A stretch of 64,000 nucleotides of DNA, from NCBI GenBank assembly GCA_023205875.1, contig CP060771.1:124001-188000 (forward strand), given 5' to 3'. Every line of letters begins with the position of its first letter. Within the stretch, counting starts at the first letter, position 1. The stretch comes from Chloropicon primus (lineage: Eukaryota). Shown here one piece after another: positions 1 to 14,105 of the stretch. The notes under the pieces are model-generated. The model had not been told where the DNA came from, searched no databases, and was given only the letters and a program-made list of their open reading frames with translations. Both the position numbers and the translations under genes were made by a program.

Positions 1-548
1 ACGCCGTTCTTCGAGGTGTTCCAGTTGGGAAAGAAGCGAGACAGGATCCCCTTGTTCGCAGCCACGCCTATGAAGAACGTCACCATGTCGCTCAGCACCA
101 CCCCGAGGTAAACCCAAGCATAAACCACGAGGTTCTGAGCCCACGTCCTCAGCATAACCTTGGACCCCACCCAGCAAACCAGGGCGTCCTCGCTGACGGG
201 GATGCCGCACCCAGCTGCCAGGAGGTAAAGGAAATAATAATGAGGCGGACCTTGCAACGCTTGCGCGCTCATCCATTCCGCGATAGGAGGCAGCGCACGC
301 GCCGTCGTTGTGGACGGCCTCCGTCGTCGTGTTCCAACGAGTTTCGTCGCCTGAGTACACGCTGGTGCTGGTCTCCGTCGGGGCAAGGACGGTGCTTCCG
401 GCTTCCGCCTCGAAGAGGCGGACTTATCGCGGAACCCGTGACGCTCCCGTGGCCACGTTCCCTCCCTCAGCGACCTCGCCACTCCGCTGCGTCGTCCTCT
501 GCCCTCCAGCCTCATCCCTCGCGTTGTCATCGCCATGCCGTGTCTCAT
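1..548 (-). CDS. DedA/VTT (SNARE-associated) family membrane protein, 3' end runs off the window; probable organelle transit peptide
   Basis: Not in the ORF track. Manual translation gives ...YFLYLLAAGCGIPVSEDALVCWVG...YLGVVLSDMVTFFIG, matching the DedA G-x-P-x-x-E-D and G-x-x-x-(G/S)-D-x-x-x-(Y/F)-x-x-G motifs. In-frame ATG at 548 is followed by an R/S-rich leader. Confidence 0.75.
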   Translation of the reverse strand, partial: MRHGMAMTTRGMRLEGRGRRSGVARSLREGTWPRERHGFRDKSASSRRKPEAPSLPRRRPAPACTQATKLVGTRRRRPSTTTARALPPIAEWMSAQALQGPPHYYFLYLLAAGCGIPVSEDALVCWVGSKVMLRTWAQNLVVYAWVYLGVVLSDMVTFFIGVAANKGILSRFFPNWNTSKNG

Positions 549-1286
549 GGCATGAAACACCCAAGCCCTTGGCCAAATGGGTCGAGTGAGGTACCAACGT
601 AAAGACCGTGAGACGGACGACCGCGTTGGTACCCCTCTCACCTCTTGACCCTCCGCCCTCTCTCTCTCGTCGCCGACGACGACACGATCGCGCCTTTGCC
701 TTGGGCCTGCGCGCTGGATTCTGCGGCTGAGAGCGATCCTGGAGGGGTGGAGATCTTGATCATCGCGTCGGTGCTGCAGGGAGAGGGAAGTCACAGGATC
801 AGGACGCCTCCGTAACCATCCGTAACCTCTGTTTGGCTTGCTCCTCCGATCCGACCTGATCCAATCCGATCGCTTGCTTGCTTGGCCTTCTTCTTCTGAT
901 CGATCGTAACGCAAACGCAACGCAACGCTTGCTGGAGCAATCCATCCTTGAGGTGATGCCGTCGTCGTCGTCGTCGTCGTCGTCGTTGTCCCTCCCTCCC
1001 GTCGAGTCGATCGCTTGCTCTTCTTCTGATCGATCGATGGAGAGCAAGCGACAGAAGAGCAAGCAAGCAAGCAAGCAAGTGATCGACCGATCGATCGATC
1101 GGAGGTGTTGCTCTCCCTCTCCACTTGGCTTCCTCCATCGGCACCCGGGGGGAAGGATCGTCGCCTCCTTCTCGTCTGACTGAAAGAGCCAGCAAAAGTA
1201 GAGCAAGCAAGTGATCGATCGGTCGATCGGAGGTGTAGGTGTGGCTCTCGTCGTCGTGCTGTCGCCAAGCCAGCGAGTGCTTGGCA

Positions 1287-2444
1287 ATGGAAGGTGATCG
1301 CAAGGCCACGGGCGAGCGCCTCGGGAGCGCGGCCAAGCTTGTGTGCATGATGATGGCCCACGAGGATTCACACGACCTGCTGGCGAGGATGAAGAACGCT
1401 GTCGTGCGTTACGACGCGAAGGGTGCTTTGAGCGTACTGGAGACTCTGGAGAGCAGAAAGGGCGACGCGGCGGGGGAGCACAAGACTTCGGGGGAGCACA
1501 AGGCCAAGGAGAATCTGCAGGTCATGGTCTTCTGGGCGCGGATGCTGGTCCTCATCAACGAGCTGCACAAGGGATGTATCGAGAACGTGAGCATCAGTCA
1601 GAGGGGCCTGTGGTACAAGGTGAAGGGCAAGGAGATCCCCAACTCGAACAAGCTCTACTTCCCGTCCATGCATGTTCTCTGCGACTCGATCGGTAAGCTC
1701 TGCGCGTTTCTGGACGTGCCAAAGCACAGCCTGGGAATCGTGACGAGTCCAAAGGGATTCGTGTACGGCAGGCTGATCATCGAATCGGCGGGGAAGGAGG
1801 CGGCCGTGAATTGCTTCAGAGAAGGCGGGCACAGCATCTGCGGCAACCCAGACACGATTAAGGGGTTCACTTTCAAGTGCTCCGCGACGTGCATCCTCGT
1901 GATCGAGAAGGAGACCATATTCAAAACGCTGATCGAGGAGGGGCTCGTGGACAAGCTGCACGTCATATTGGTCACAGCAAAAGGTTATCCTGACATTGCG
2001 ACCAAGTGCTTCCTGAAGTGCCTGTCGGAGGCCTTCCCGAACCTGCCCGTGCACTGCCTGGTGGACTGCAACCCCGAGGGCCTCCAGATTCTTGCAAACT
2101 ACAAGTTTGGCTCTTCGAACTGCAAGGCGGGAGACCCCTTCCTCCTCCCCGGCCTGTCTTGGCTCGGCATACTTCCCAGCGAGGCCTACGGGGGCGTGCT
2201 GTACACGAGCCCCAACTTCGGCAAGCGCGACGATGCCCTGATTGGGAACCTGCTGAAGAGGGTCGGGGGCTGCCTGGTCCCGGGGGGCTCCGGATCGCCC
2301 CGCGTCTCCGCGCAGTGGCTGGACGAGATGCGCAAGATGATGGAGGTGAGGCACAAGCTGGACATCGAGACGTTTGTGCTCCTCGGTCTCAGCTTGGCAG
2401 ACTACGTGTGCGCGAGGATCTTGCAGCAAAAGGAGGTGTACTAA
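1287..2444 (+). CDS. SPO11-2: Meiotic topoisomerase VI-A-like transesterase, SPO11-2 type
   Basis: SQRGLWY (catalytic Tyr region), ILVIEKETIF, TAKGYPDIAT, LVDCNPEGLQILANYKFGS. The DxN variant and TAKGYPDIAT are as in plant SPO11-2. Start codon uncertain (1287 or 1347). Confidence 0.9.
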   Translation: MEGDRKATGERLGSAAKLVCMMMAHEDSHDLLARMKNAVVRYDAKGALSVLETLESRKGDAAGEHKTSGEHKAKENLQVMVFWARMLVLINELHKGCIENVSISQRGLWYKVKGKEIPNSNKLYFPSMHVLCDSIGKLCAFLDVPKHSLGIVTSPKGFVYGRLIIESAGKEAAVNCFREGGHSICGNPDTIKGFTFKCSATCILVIEKETIFKTLIEEGLVDKLHVILVTAKGYPDIATKCFLKCLSEAFPNLPVHCLVDCNPEGLQILANYKFGSSNCKAGDPFLLPGLSWLGILPSEAYGGVLYTSPNFGKRDDALIGNLLKRVGGCLVPGGSGSPRVSAQWLDEMRKMMEVRHKLDIETFVLLGLSLADYVCARILQQKEVY

Positions 2445-2514
2445 AAGACATGGGTGTGTGTACTTAAAAAAAGGCGTTATCAAATCAAATCAGATCGACG
2501 CTTAGCAAACCGAA

Positions 2515-5478
<2,964 letters not shown>

Positions 5479-6060
5479 GGTGGTACTGATCAATACTGAT
5501 CGATCGTCAAAAGGGATCGCCGGGGGGTTTGAATGAAATTGATCGTGAGACGTTGCACAAGAGGCGGAAGAGGTGAGGAAGGCCAAGGGATTGCCTCCGC
5601 TTCACAAGGTGATCGACGCCATGAAACGGAGCATGTGAGCATCCTATGGAAAGAGAAGAGAAGGATCTTTCGATCTATTCCACCTTTAACCCGCCTTGCT
5701 TTCGTCTTCTGGCATCGTACACGGGGCAAAGTGTAAGTAACGTCTCACGATCAATCGAGAGGTCGAACGTCCGTCCTCGAATGGAGCTGAAATTCGTTGA
5801 GGTCTCTGGGCTTCAAACACACGGAGAGGGAACAGACGACAGCTCGGATAGGTTTGCTCGCTTCGGTTTGGAACGCGTTTCGGCGACGGGAGCGCGACGT
5901 TGGGAGGTCGAGGTTGGCATCACGCGAAACTAAGCGTCGAGACCTTTCCGTGGACGGGTCGCTCGAACGATTTGAGCACTTGACTCCATTTACGTTGCCC
6001 ATTCTTTCGTTCTTTTGCAGAGAGAAAGAGAGAGAGAGCATTGGTATTGCTGCTTGAGCC

Positions 6061-8046
6061 ATGCCGTTCCTCGGGTTCCCTTCGCCGTTCAAGGGCACCG
6101 CGACGAGGACGAGGACGAGGGCGTCCTCCGCTCCTGACGGAGAACTTGGTGCAGACGCGACGACGCTGTCTTCATCATCTTCTTCTTCTTCTTCATCATC
6201 ATCTTCAACAACTTTGGAGCCCCTGCAGTTGGTGGAGCTGAGCGAAGGGAGGTTCGTGGTGAACGCGGAGGCTCTGGACGTTATTCGTAACGCCGAGGGG
6301 GACGTTGCCGTGATAAGTTGCTGCGGGAGGTCGAGGCAAGGCAAGAGCTTTTTGCTGAACAACCTGTTGAGGAAGATGTTCGAGGTGGGAGAGGACGAGA
6401 CGTTTGGGGGGTTCAGGACCTCGGGGTCGACCGAGCCTTGCACCAAGGGGCTGTACCTGTGGCCGGAGGCCCTGACCGGGACCAAGGACGGCAGGAAGCT
6501 CAGCGTGTTCCTGGTGGACTCGGAGGGGATCGACAGCTACGACCAGACGACGAACTATTCCGCGGAGATATTCTCCATGGCCATCCTCTTGTCCTCCGTC
6601 TTCGTGTACAACAGCATGGGAGCGATCGACGAGAGCGCCATCGACAAGCTTTCTCTGGTCTGCGAGCTCACCAGGCTCATCAGGAGCACCGGCGGGGACG
6701 TGACAGAGGAGGGGGACACGAGCGACGAGATGCCTTCGCTGATCTGGCTGCTTCGAGACTTTTTCCTGGACTTCGAGGACGGCTCCGCGGAGGAGTACCT
6801 GGAGAAAGCCCTGCGCACCTCGTCCTTGAACTCGTCCTCGGGCGCGAACTCCGTCCAGCAGGAGCAGAGGGACAGCATCAGGGAGGCCATCAAAGGCTTG
6901 TTCCCGCAGAGGGACTGCCTCGCCATGGTGAGGCCCCACACCAGCGAGAAGTGCCTTCGAAAGTTGGACGCCCTCAAGTCGTCCGAGCTGAGGGAGGAGT
7001 TCAGGAACGGGGTCGAGAGCCTTTACCAGAAGATACTCGACCAGGTCAGGCCGAAGAGGTTCGGGGACAGGCGCCTCGACGGGCCCATGCTCGCCAGCCT
7101 GGTCGAGCTCTACGTCAAGGCCATCAACGACGGTGCGGTGCCGACCATCGCCTCGGCGTGGCAAGGCGTCGCCGAAATGCAGTGCCAGAAAGCGGTCCGT
7201 GGCGCGATCGAGATGTACAGGGAGGGGCTGGAGAGCTCTCAGGTGAGAGCCAGTGAGGTCGCCATGAGGAGCCACCACGAGGACATGCTTGGGGAGGCCA
7301 TGGTCGTGTTTGACAAAATGTGCGCGGGCGGCTCGAGGCTGAGATCGACCCACAGGAACGAGCTGGTGGGCGAGCTCAAGGAATACTTCGAGGGCTACAA
7401 AGCCAGACGGTACCTGGAGGCAGAGATCTCGTGCCTCGATAGCCTGAAGGACGCGGAAGCGAGGATGAAAGACCTCGTTCAGGAATCCAAGGACGCGGAG
7501 CTTCAGGAGTGGATCAAGGGTTTTGTGGAGGACTACTCGGCCAACCAAGAAGGCCTGAGCAAATTCGACCTCCTGTGCAAGTTCCTCCTGACTTGCATGG
7601 AGACCCTGGTCTCGGAAAAGGGGGCGAGCCAGAGAGGGGAAGTGGAGGACCTGGAGAGGCAGCTGGCGGGGCTCAAGGAAAAGCACTCCAGTGACATGGT
7701 CAAGAAGGAGGCTGCCATGGCGACATTGAAAGAAGTTCTCCTCACCGAGACCCAGAGCGTGAGAATCATGTTGAACCGGGAGAAGGCGAGGAACAAGAGG
7801 CTCGCGGTGAAGGCAGACACTTTGCAGAAGCAGCTCGAATCTTCGAACAGCAGCGTGCAGTGCTCCGCGGAGATCGTGGACAGGTGGGCAAAAGAAGCCG
7901 CGATGGCAAATTCTGAGCTGAAGACTCCGCCGAAGCAGCAGCCCCCCCTCGACATGATTGAAACGGGCGACGATCCCGTGAAGACCCTCTGCAGCAAATT
8001 CAAGACGACTTCCATGAGGGACATCACAAACCATAACGGCAGCTGA
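6061..8046 (+). CDS. Guanylate-binding protein (GBP/atlastin-like dynamin-superfamily GTPase) with C-terminal coiled coil
   Basis: GRSRQGKSFLLN (P-loop), PCTKGLYLW, DSEG, LLRDF, YVKAINDGAVPTI. Confidence 0.93.
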   Translation: MPFLGFPSPFKGTATRTRTRASSAPDGELGADATTLSSSSSSSSSSSSSTTLEPLQLVELSEGRFVVNAEALDVIRNAEGDVAVISCCGRSRQGKSFLLNNLLRKMFEVGEDETFGGFRTSGSTEPCTKGLYLWPEALTGTKDGRKLSVFLVDSEGIDSYDQTTNYSAEIFSMAILLSSVFVYNSMGAIDESAIDKLSLVCELTRLIRSTGGDVTEEGDTSDEMPSLIWLLRDFFLDFEDGSAEEYLEKALRTSSLNSSSGANSVQQEQRDSIREAIKGLFPQRDCLAMVRPHTSEKCLRKLDALKSSELREEFRNGVESLYQKILDQVRPKRFGDRRLDGPMLASLVELYVKAINDGAVPTIASAWQGVAEMQCQKAVRGAIEMYREGLESSQVRASEVAMRSHHEDMLGEAMVVFDKMCAGGSRLRSTHRNELVGELKEYFEGYKARRYLEAEISCLDSLKDAEARMKDLVQESKDAELQEWIKGFVEDYSANQEGLSKFDLLCKFLLTCMETLVSEKGASQRGEVEDLERQLAGLKEKHSSDMVKKEAAMATLKEVLLTETQSVRIMLNREKARNKRLAVKADTLQKQLESSNSSVQCSAEIVDRWAKEAAMANSELKTPPKQQPPLDMIETGDDPVKTLCSKFKTTSMRDITNHNGS

Positions 8047-8136
8047 AACTGAAACCTAATTTAAGAAGAAAAATGGAATTTATCATACACTTACAAACAA
8101 ACCAGAAGAAGGTCTAGCTCCCCGCCCCTCAATACC

Positions 8137-10410
8137 TTAGCTGCTCTTCAAATCAGCAAGCGCGCCCGACGCGGTGGCGGCGATCTCTCCTTCGCTCGCA
8201 TTGGGAAGGTAGTAGTACTTTCCATTTGCAGCAGTCGCAATTTCTTCGGCCACCCCCGTGGAGACAAACTTATTCTCGGTGTCGATGACAAGGAGCTGCA
8301 TTCCTTGCGCATTGATCTTCTTTGCCATGTCCAGGACCTCCTCCTTGAGCTCCTCGGAAGAAGGCTTTGGGGCATCCTCCTTGATCGCGTCAGGGTCCTT
8401 CAAGCTCTTTCCGAGGCTCACGTTGGCCCTTCCATCCGTGATGCACACGACCATCACCCGCCCCACATCGCCGCTGGACATGGCGTTGATGCCCACCCTC
8501 GCCGCGGTCGAGAGCCCGTGGCAGAGCGGGGAGCCGCCTCCGCAAGGCAGCTTGTCCAGCCTCCTCTTCGCCATCGCGATACTCTTTGATGGCGGCAGGA
8601 GCACCTCCGCCTCGTCCCCGTAGAAAGGCACGATGGAAACTTGGTCTCTCGACTGGTAGGACTCCGTCAGCAGCTTCATCGCTGCTCCCTTGGCGCTCGA
8701 CATCCTGTTCAGCGCCATGGATCCCGAGGCGTCCACTACGAAGATGACCAGGGCCCCAGCCTTCCTGGCCAACTTTTTGCTCCTCATGTCGCTCTTGTCC
8801 ACGTAGACTGGCTTGGCCTCGTTGCCCTTGGCCACGTCCCGGTCCCTTCTCGGCTTCTGGTAAGGAGCGGCGGTTCTCAGGGTGGCGTCAACAGCGAGTC
8901 TCTTGACCTCCCCCTTGGGGATCATTGGCTTGATGTACCTTCCCCTGTCCTGCGAGAAGATCAGGTTCTTGGCCCTGCCGCTCTTTCCTTGGGAGTTCTT
9001 CTGCTGGTTGGCGAACATCAGGACGCTTGGGTCCAGGATCACGCCCTCGGGATCGAAAACAAACTCCTCTGGAATCTGGTCCGGCTCCTGCTCCTCTTCC
9101 TCGTCGTCGTCGTCTTCCTCGTCCTCTGGCTCGTCCTCCTCCTCCTGGTCCTCTGGAGGCATCTCGTCCTGCGGCGGCGGAGGCGGCGGAGGCGGCTGCT
9201 CCTCCTGCGGAGGCTGGTTGTCCAGAACCGTGGCCCTCGGGATGATGGCGAGCTGCACCGCCTTCCTCAGGTCCTCCTCCTCCACCCTGTCCCTGCCGTT
9301 GAGGGCGCAGTGGGCCTTGGCGACCCGGATGGCGAACAGCTCCGCCCTCTGCCCCTGAACCTGGCCCCTCACTGCCTCGTCCACCAAGTACTTCACCTGC
9401 TTCTCCCCGATCTGGACCTCCTTGAGGTACTCCCTCGCCAGAATCACTTGAGTCCGCGCCTGCTCCGTCTCCTCGTCTGTCTCCTTGATCACATCGGCGC
9501 TGAAGTCGGCGAACCTCGTGGCGATCTCCACCACGTCCACGCGGTCCTCGAGAGTCAGGGGAACGTCGCTCGACAGGGTCATCGCGATCCTGTCCAGCAA
9601 GTGCTGCCTGATCGGGCCCTCTTCCGGGTTGTAAGTCGCGATGAGCAAGGGCCTGCACGGGTGGGAGATGGAGATTCCTTCCCTCTCCACCACGTTCACG
9701 CCGTCCGAAAGCACGGAGAGCAGCAAGTTTGCAATCCCCTCGTCCAGGAGGTTGATCTCGTCCACGTACAAAATTCCCCTGTGGGCCTCCGCGAGCAAGC
9801 CAGGCTGGAAGACCGTCTTCCCCGTCTCGATGCTCTTCTCCATGTCCACCGTCCCGACGAGCCTGTCCTCGGTGATCCCCAGAGGCACCTGGATGAAGGG
9901 AGCCTTCCTCACGGACGTCTTCACCGCGCTCACCCCGCCCTCGGCCTCCACCCTCTCCACCAGGTCCTCCTCCCACTCCTCCGGCTTGCTCGGGTCGGCG
10001 TTCGTCCAGCTCCCCTCCACCACCTCTATCGGGGGTATCAGGTCGTGGAGCCCACGAGCCATGACGCTCTTGCACGTCCCTCTCCTTCCGGATATCGCCA
10101 CACCTCCCACTTCCGTGTCCACCGCACCCAAAAGAAGCGCCGTCTTTATCGCCTCCTGGTCCACCACCTTGGCCAGCGGCAGGAAAGACCTTCCCTGGCT
10201 CCTCGAGAAGTCGAAGCCCTCGGACTCCTCCACGGCCTCCGCCTCCGCCTCCGTCGCCTGCGAGGCCCTCACCCTCCCGCACGGTGGAGAACTCAAGTAC
10301 CTCACGGATCTCCAACACCTTCCGCACACCCTCGACCTCCCCACTCGCCTCGTCTCCGCCCTCCTCAAGCCCATCCCCCTCATCCCCCTCGCCGTCGTCC
10401 TCGCCGTCAT
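8137..10410 (-). CDS. CHLD: Magnesium chelatase subunit D, plastid-targeted
   Basis: AAA module ([16 protein letters not shown]), Pro/acidic linker, vWA domain with DASGSM MIDAS motif, R-rich transit peptide. Confidence 0.97.
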   Translation of the reverse strand: MTARTTARGMRGMGLRRAETRRVGRSRVCGRCWRSVRYLSSPPCGRVRASQATEAEAEAVEESEGFDFSRSQGRSFLPLAKVVDQEAIKTALLLGAVDTEVGGVAISGRRGTCKSVMARGLHDLIPPIEVVEGSWTNADPSKPEEWEEDLVERVEAEGGVSAVKTSVRKAPFIQVPLGITEDRLVGTVDMEKSIETGKTVFQPGLLAEAHRGILYVDEINLLDEGIANLLLSVLSDGVNVVEREGISISHPCRPLLIATYNPEEGPIRQHLLDRIAMTLSSDVPLTLEDRVDVVEIATRFADFSADVIKETDEETEQARTQVILAREYLKEVQIGEKQVKYLVDEAVRGQVQGQRAELFAIRVAKAHCALNGRDRVEEEDLRKAVQLAIIPRATVLDNQPPQEEQPPPPPPPPQDEMPPEDQEEEDEPEDEEDDDDEEEEQEPDQIPEEFVFDPEGVILDPSVLMFANQQKNSQGKSGRAKNLIFSQDRGRYIKPMIPKGEVKRLAVDATLRTAAPYQKPRRDRDVAKGNEAKPVYVDKSDMRSKKLARKAGALVIFVVDASGSMALNRMSSAKGAAMKLLTESYQSRDQVSIVPFYGDEAEVLLPPSKSIAMAKRRLDKLPCGGGSPLCHGLSTAARVGINAMSSGDVGRVMVVCITDGRANVSLGKSLKDPDAIKEDAPKPSSEELKEEVLDMAKKINAQGMQLLVIDTENKFVSTGVAEEIATAANGKYYYLPNASEGEIAATASGALADLKSS

Positions 10411-11444
10411 CTCCTTCGCGCGCCTCTGCCGAACGAACCACGAACCGGAATCTTTCGATGGAGACACCGTTGGAAAGATCGCAAGACGCACTTTCGTTTG
10501 ATCCGAGTCTATTCACGAGTGCGTCCCTCTGTCGTCGTCACCAGCTCGATCAAGCCGCGCCTCTCCAACCAAGCCCTGCGCCCTGGACCAGGACGTTCTA
10601 TCCAGAAGTGGGTTTCTGGATAAGAGAGGTGCCGTGTTTTACGATACTTCTATCATAGAACAACGTGGACGATCTTTTCCAAAATCGGGGAATAGAAACG
10701 TCTCCCACGGGAACATTTTCCACCAATCAAAATCGTTTTCGTCATTTCGAATGTAAAGGGTCTGGATTGAGTGTACACGAGGAAGGCCAGTTTTCCACGA
10801 CGGAGCGCGTCTCGACGACTTTGGTGCGTCGTGTTTGGCGGACGCTTGGCCTCGTGCAAGAGGTTTTCGTCGACGTTGAGGCTTATCTATCGAAATATCG
10901 TCTCAAGAGGATCACGTAGGTGTCTCCATCGAAAGATTTGGTTCCTGTTTGAGGATTTGCGACACGTTTTGTCGTTTTGCCTTGCCTCCTGGCCCACGGA
11001 TGGATGGTTTTGTCGAGGGAGTCAAGGGAGTCAAGGGGAGGGGGACGGAGGTGAGGAGCGGTGATTGGAAAGATAACTTCACGAGAATCCCATCGCGCAC
11101 CCGCACGATCGAAGCGACGATCTGATGGATCCAAGATCTTGAAAACACTCCGACACTTTGCTCCGGCCTGGTCTCTGGAGGAGAGGCAGACCAGGCGGAC
11201 ACACGGTATCGCGATTCCCTCCGTCACTCGAAGACACGGATCCATGGACGCCCCTCGACGATCCGGCGCCTCATTCCCTCCCTCCCTCTCTCTCGAAAGA
11301 TCGCTCTCGTAACGGCTTTGGTCGTCGTCATGTCATGGGGGACCACCCCTGCTTGCTTGCTCGGCACTGACTCGAAGCGTTTGGTCTTCGTTCTTGGTCT
11401 TCGTTGCCCCAGTGCCCATTGCCAGAGGTGATGCGCCAGAGGTG

Positions 11445-12530
11445 ATGTACAGGGTGATCCAGGGGGAGGAGGAGAGGCGGGAGAGGGCGCGCGAGGCGAG
11501 GGACCGGCGCGGCCGTGGTGGTGAACAAGGGAGGGAACCGCCCACTCGCGGACGGACCTTCGTGGCCATCAGCGACTCGGATGAGGAGGAGAGCGAGCCC
11601 CGCGGCGCTGCTCCACCACCCCGGCCCTCAACCCCTCCACGCGTGGACGACGTCGTCGCGGAAGGGAGGGAGCGCCTCTGCAGGATATGCTTGGACGGGG
11701 AGACGAGCGACGATGTGATGATATCCCCTTGCCTCTGTCGAGGGACGAGCGCTTACGTCCACAGGGAGTGCCTGAACGACTGGCGAAGGATGTCGAGCAA
11801 CCCTTCGAGCTTCTGGAGGTGCGACAGCTGCAGGTACAACTACAGAACCAAGCAAATAAAGCAGCTCGATGTCCTCAAGCACCCCGCGTTTCTCGCCGCG
11901 GTGACGACCGCGGCGCTCGTCCTCGCCTCCTGCCTCGGCGCCTCGGCGCTCTCCTTGGTGCCCCTCAAGGAGAGGGGGGCGGCCCTGGTGTACCGCTGGC
12001 TGAGGTTTCGGCCCTCCTGGCGAACCGGGCCGGACGTGCAACTCCTCCTCCAGGGGAAAGGCATCACGGTCGAGGAGCCCTCCTTCCTCGCGGGAGCTTT
12101 GGACAACCTGTTCGTCTCGGTCTTCCTCGTGGGCTTGCTGGGGTTCTTGGGCGTCATGTACCTGCGTTATTACGCGAGGCACCGCAGGGACGAGTTCATG
12201 CGGTACGTGGCGCCCAGCCTGGTCCTGTCGACCGCGAACCTCGGGCTGCTAATCCTGCGTTTGTTCTCCCTGGTCGGCCTGTTCACGGTGTGGACTTGCG
12301 TGTACCACGAAGTGTACCAGAGGGCCCAAAAATTCGTCATGAGGCACGGCGAAGTCGTCCTCGACATCCACGACCGGGACGGGGACCACGGCGACCTTCG
12401 TGGACCGGTGAGGAGGGCCAACATGAGCGCTGTGCAGCTTCGCCTGGTCTCTTTCGCCTTCTGGCTCGACAGGTTCGCGGGACTGGAGCGGCGGCAGCAG
12501 CAGCAGCGGCGAAGGACCCATCATCGATGA
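11445..12530 (+). CDS. RING-CH (RINGv, MARCH-like) membrane E3 ubiquitin ligase
   Basis: CRIC...SPCLCRGTSAYVHRECLNDW...CDSC (C4HC3) followed by several hydrophobic helices; start uncertain. Confidence 0.88.
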   Translation: MYRVIQGEEERRERAREARDRRGRGGEQGREPPTRGRTFVAISDSDEEESEPRGAAPPPRPSTPPRVDDVVAEGRERLCRICLDGETSDDVMISPCLCRGTSAYVHRECLNDWRRMSSNPSSFWRCDSCRYNYRTKQIKQLDVLKHPAFLAAVTTAALVLASCLGASALSLVPLKERGAALVYRWLRFRPSWRTGPDVQLLLQGKGITVEEPSFLAGALDNLFVSVFLVGLLGFLGVMYLRYYARHRRDEFMRYVAPSLVLSTANLGLLILRLFSLVGLFTVWTCVYHEVYQRAQKFVMRHGEVVLDIHDRDGDHGDLRGPVRRANMSAVQLRLVSFAFWLDRFAGLERRQQQQRRRTHHR

Positions 12531-12693
12531 CATCACATCCTGAGTCGGTGGTGGGAGAGGAGAACGAACCGGTTGTTGAAGCTTCGCCAAAACCAAAAGT
12601 TTTTGCTATTTATTGGATTTGAATAAGAATATTTTTCTATAAAAGACAAACGAGACGAGAAGTTGTTCGTGCTCTCTTCTCTCCATTACTTTT

Positions 12694-13285
12694 TTACGCG
12701 CCGGTCTTGCTCTGAGTGAACTTGACGGCCCAGAAAGGAATTCCGAAACCCAAGATTGCAGCTCCGCCGATCATGGCACCGAACTTGAGCTTGCGGTTCT
12801 TCATCTTCTTGATGGTGTACATCTTTGGAGCGTGCACGTAATCTGGTGCGTTGGCTCCGCCCATGTAAACTGGCCTGGAGGTGTGCAAGCTCCTCGACGC
12901 CACCCTCGTGACACCAGCCTGAATGCAGCAGCAGCAGCAGCAAAGCAAAATGGAAAGAGTCCAATTATGGTTCATGCGTCACGTCCATTGGCCAGCCAAA
13001 CGCGTGTGGAGAACGGAGGACGGAAGACGGAGGTAAATAAAAACGAAAAAGGAGTCAGCGATTGCGGAGGTTCCTCAACCATTGCCCAACCTCCAGGCGA
13101 AACACAAACACCTCTCTCTCTCTCTCTGTGTCTGTGTCTCTTGTTTTTTTTGTTTTTTTTCGTGGACGAAGGACGAGCGGAGTGCGCTTCGTAACGCCTT
13201 TCGTTCCGTTACGCCGTACCTTGATCTGGTGGGCCTCCTTGGTCGCGAGCTGCTTGAGCGCGTTCATCATCGTAGCCGACGCCAT
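12694..13285 (-). CDS. Small mitochondrial single-pass protein, cytochrome c oxidase subunit VIIc-like; exons 13285-13220 and 12918-12694
   Basis: A phase-0 GT-AG intron joins MASATMMNALKQLATKEAHQIK to AGVTRVASRSLHTS (presequence-like). YVHAPKMY..KMKNRKLK-TM-IPFWAVKFTQSK resembles a small plant complex IV subunit, from memory. Confidence 0.65.
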
Positions 13286-14105
13286 GGTGTTCTCTGACCT
13301 GACTGCGCTCCTTTCAGGGTTTGCGTCCAAATAACGTCCCGTATAGAAAATTGGAAGGAAATATTCCCCATACTTCACATTTAAAATACTTACATTCTCT
13401 ATGAGAAAAACCTTTAACAACGAGAAACACTTATAAAGAAGTGATGTGTTGTATCGAACGTATAATTACAATGTAATTACAGAAAGGTTTATGATTCTGT
13501 ATAGGACGTTATTCGTTCGTATTTGAAGTTTTTGCATTTCAAATGTGAATTTCAGATCTTCAGAGCAAAAAGAAACGACGATTGAGAGCCACACAATTTT
13601 TCTCACCGTCACAGAGGACTTGGACAGAGGTGAGTTTGACGAGGCGTGGAGGACGACAGGAGGGGGGAGTGCGAAGGGGACATCTAAAGATGGAAGCATA
13701 GTTTTCGTGGCTTTCCGTAGAACCTGGTCTCGTCCGAAATGACGCGATTTTGGAGGAATGGCTCCACGATGATGGGTCGGGGGATCTAGGTTGTGGCTGA
13801 GAGGGGAGGGGGATGTCTCCGCCCTCTCTGTCGTCCGAGGTTGTCACGGCGGCTGATCGTGCGCATCGCGAGAGGGGAGGGCGTCCTCCATCACGTCCTC
13901 ACTCCCTCTCCATCGCCCCCTCTCTCTCTCTCCCTCTCTCTCTCTCTCGTTTCCAGCAATGGAGAGTTGGTGTGATGCTCGTGACACCCCCCCTTGTTGT
14001 TGTTGGTGATGATGATGATGATGATTGTTCTGACTTCTGTCATTTGTTTCCCTCCCCCCTACTTTCTTGCTTTCTTGCTTTCTTGCTTGAAGAATTTCTG
14101 GAACG

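Noticed and set aside
13320..13560. AT-rich patch as foreign DNA or an ncRNA
   Set aside because: Short, in a divergent promoter region; no repeats, ORF or RNA motif seen.
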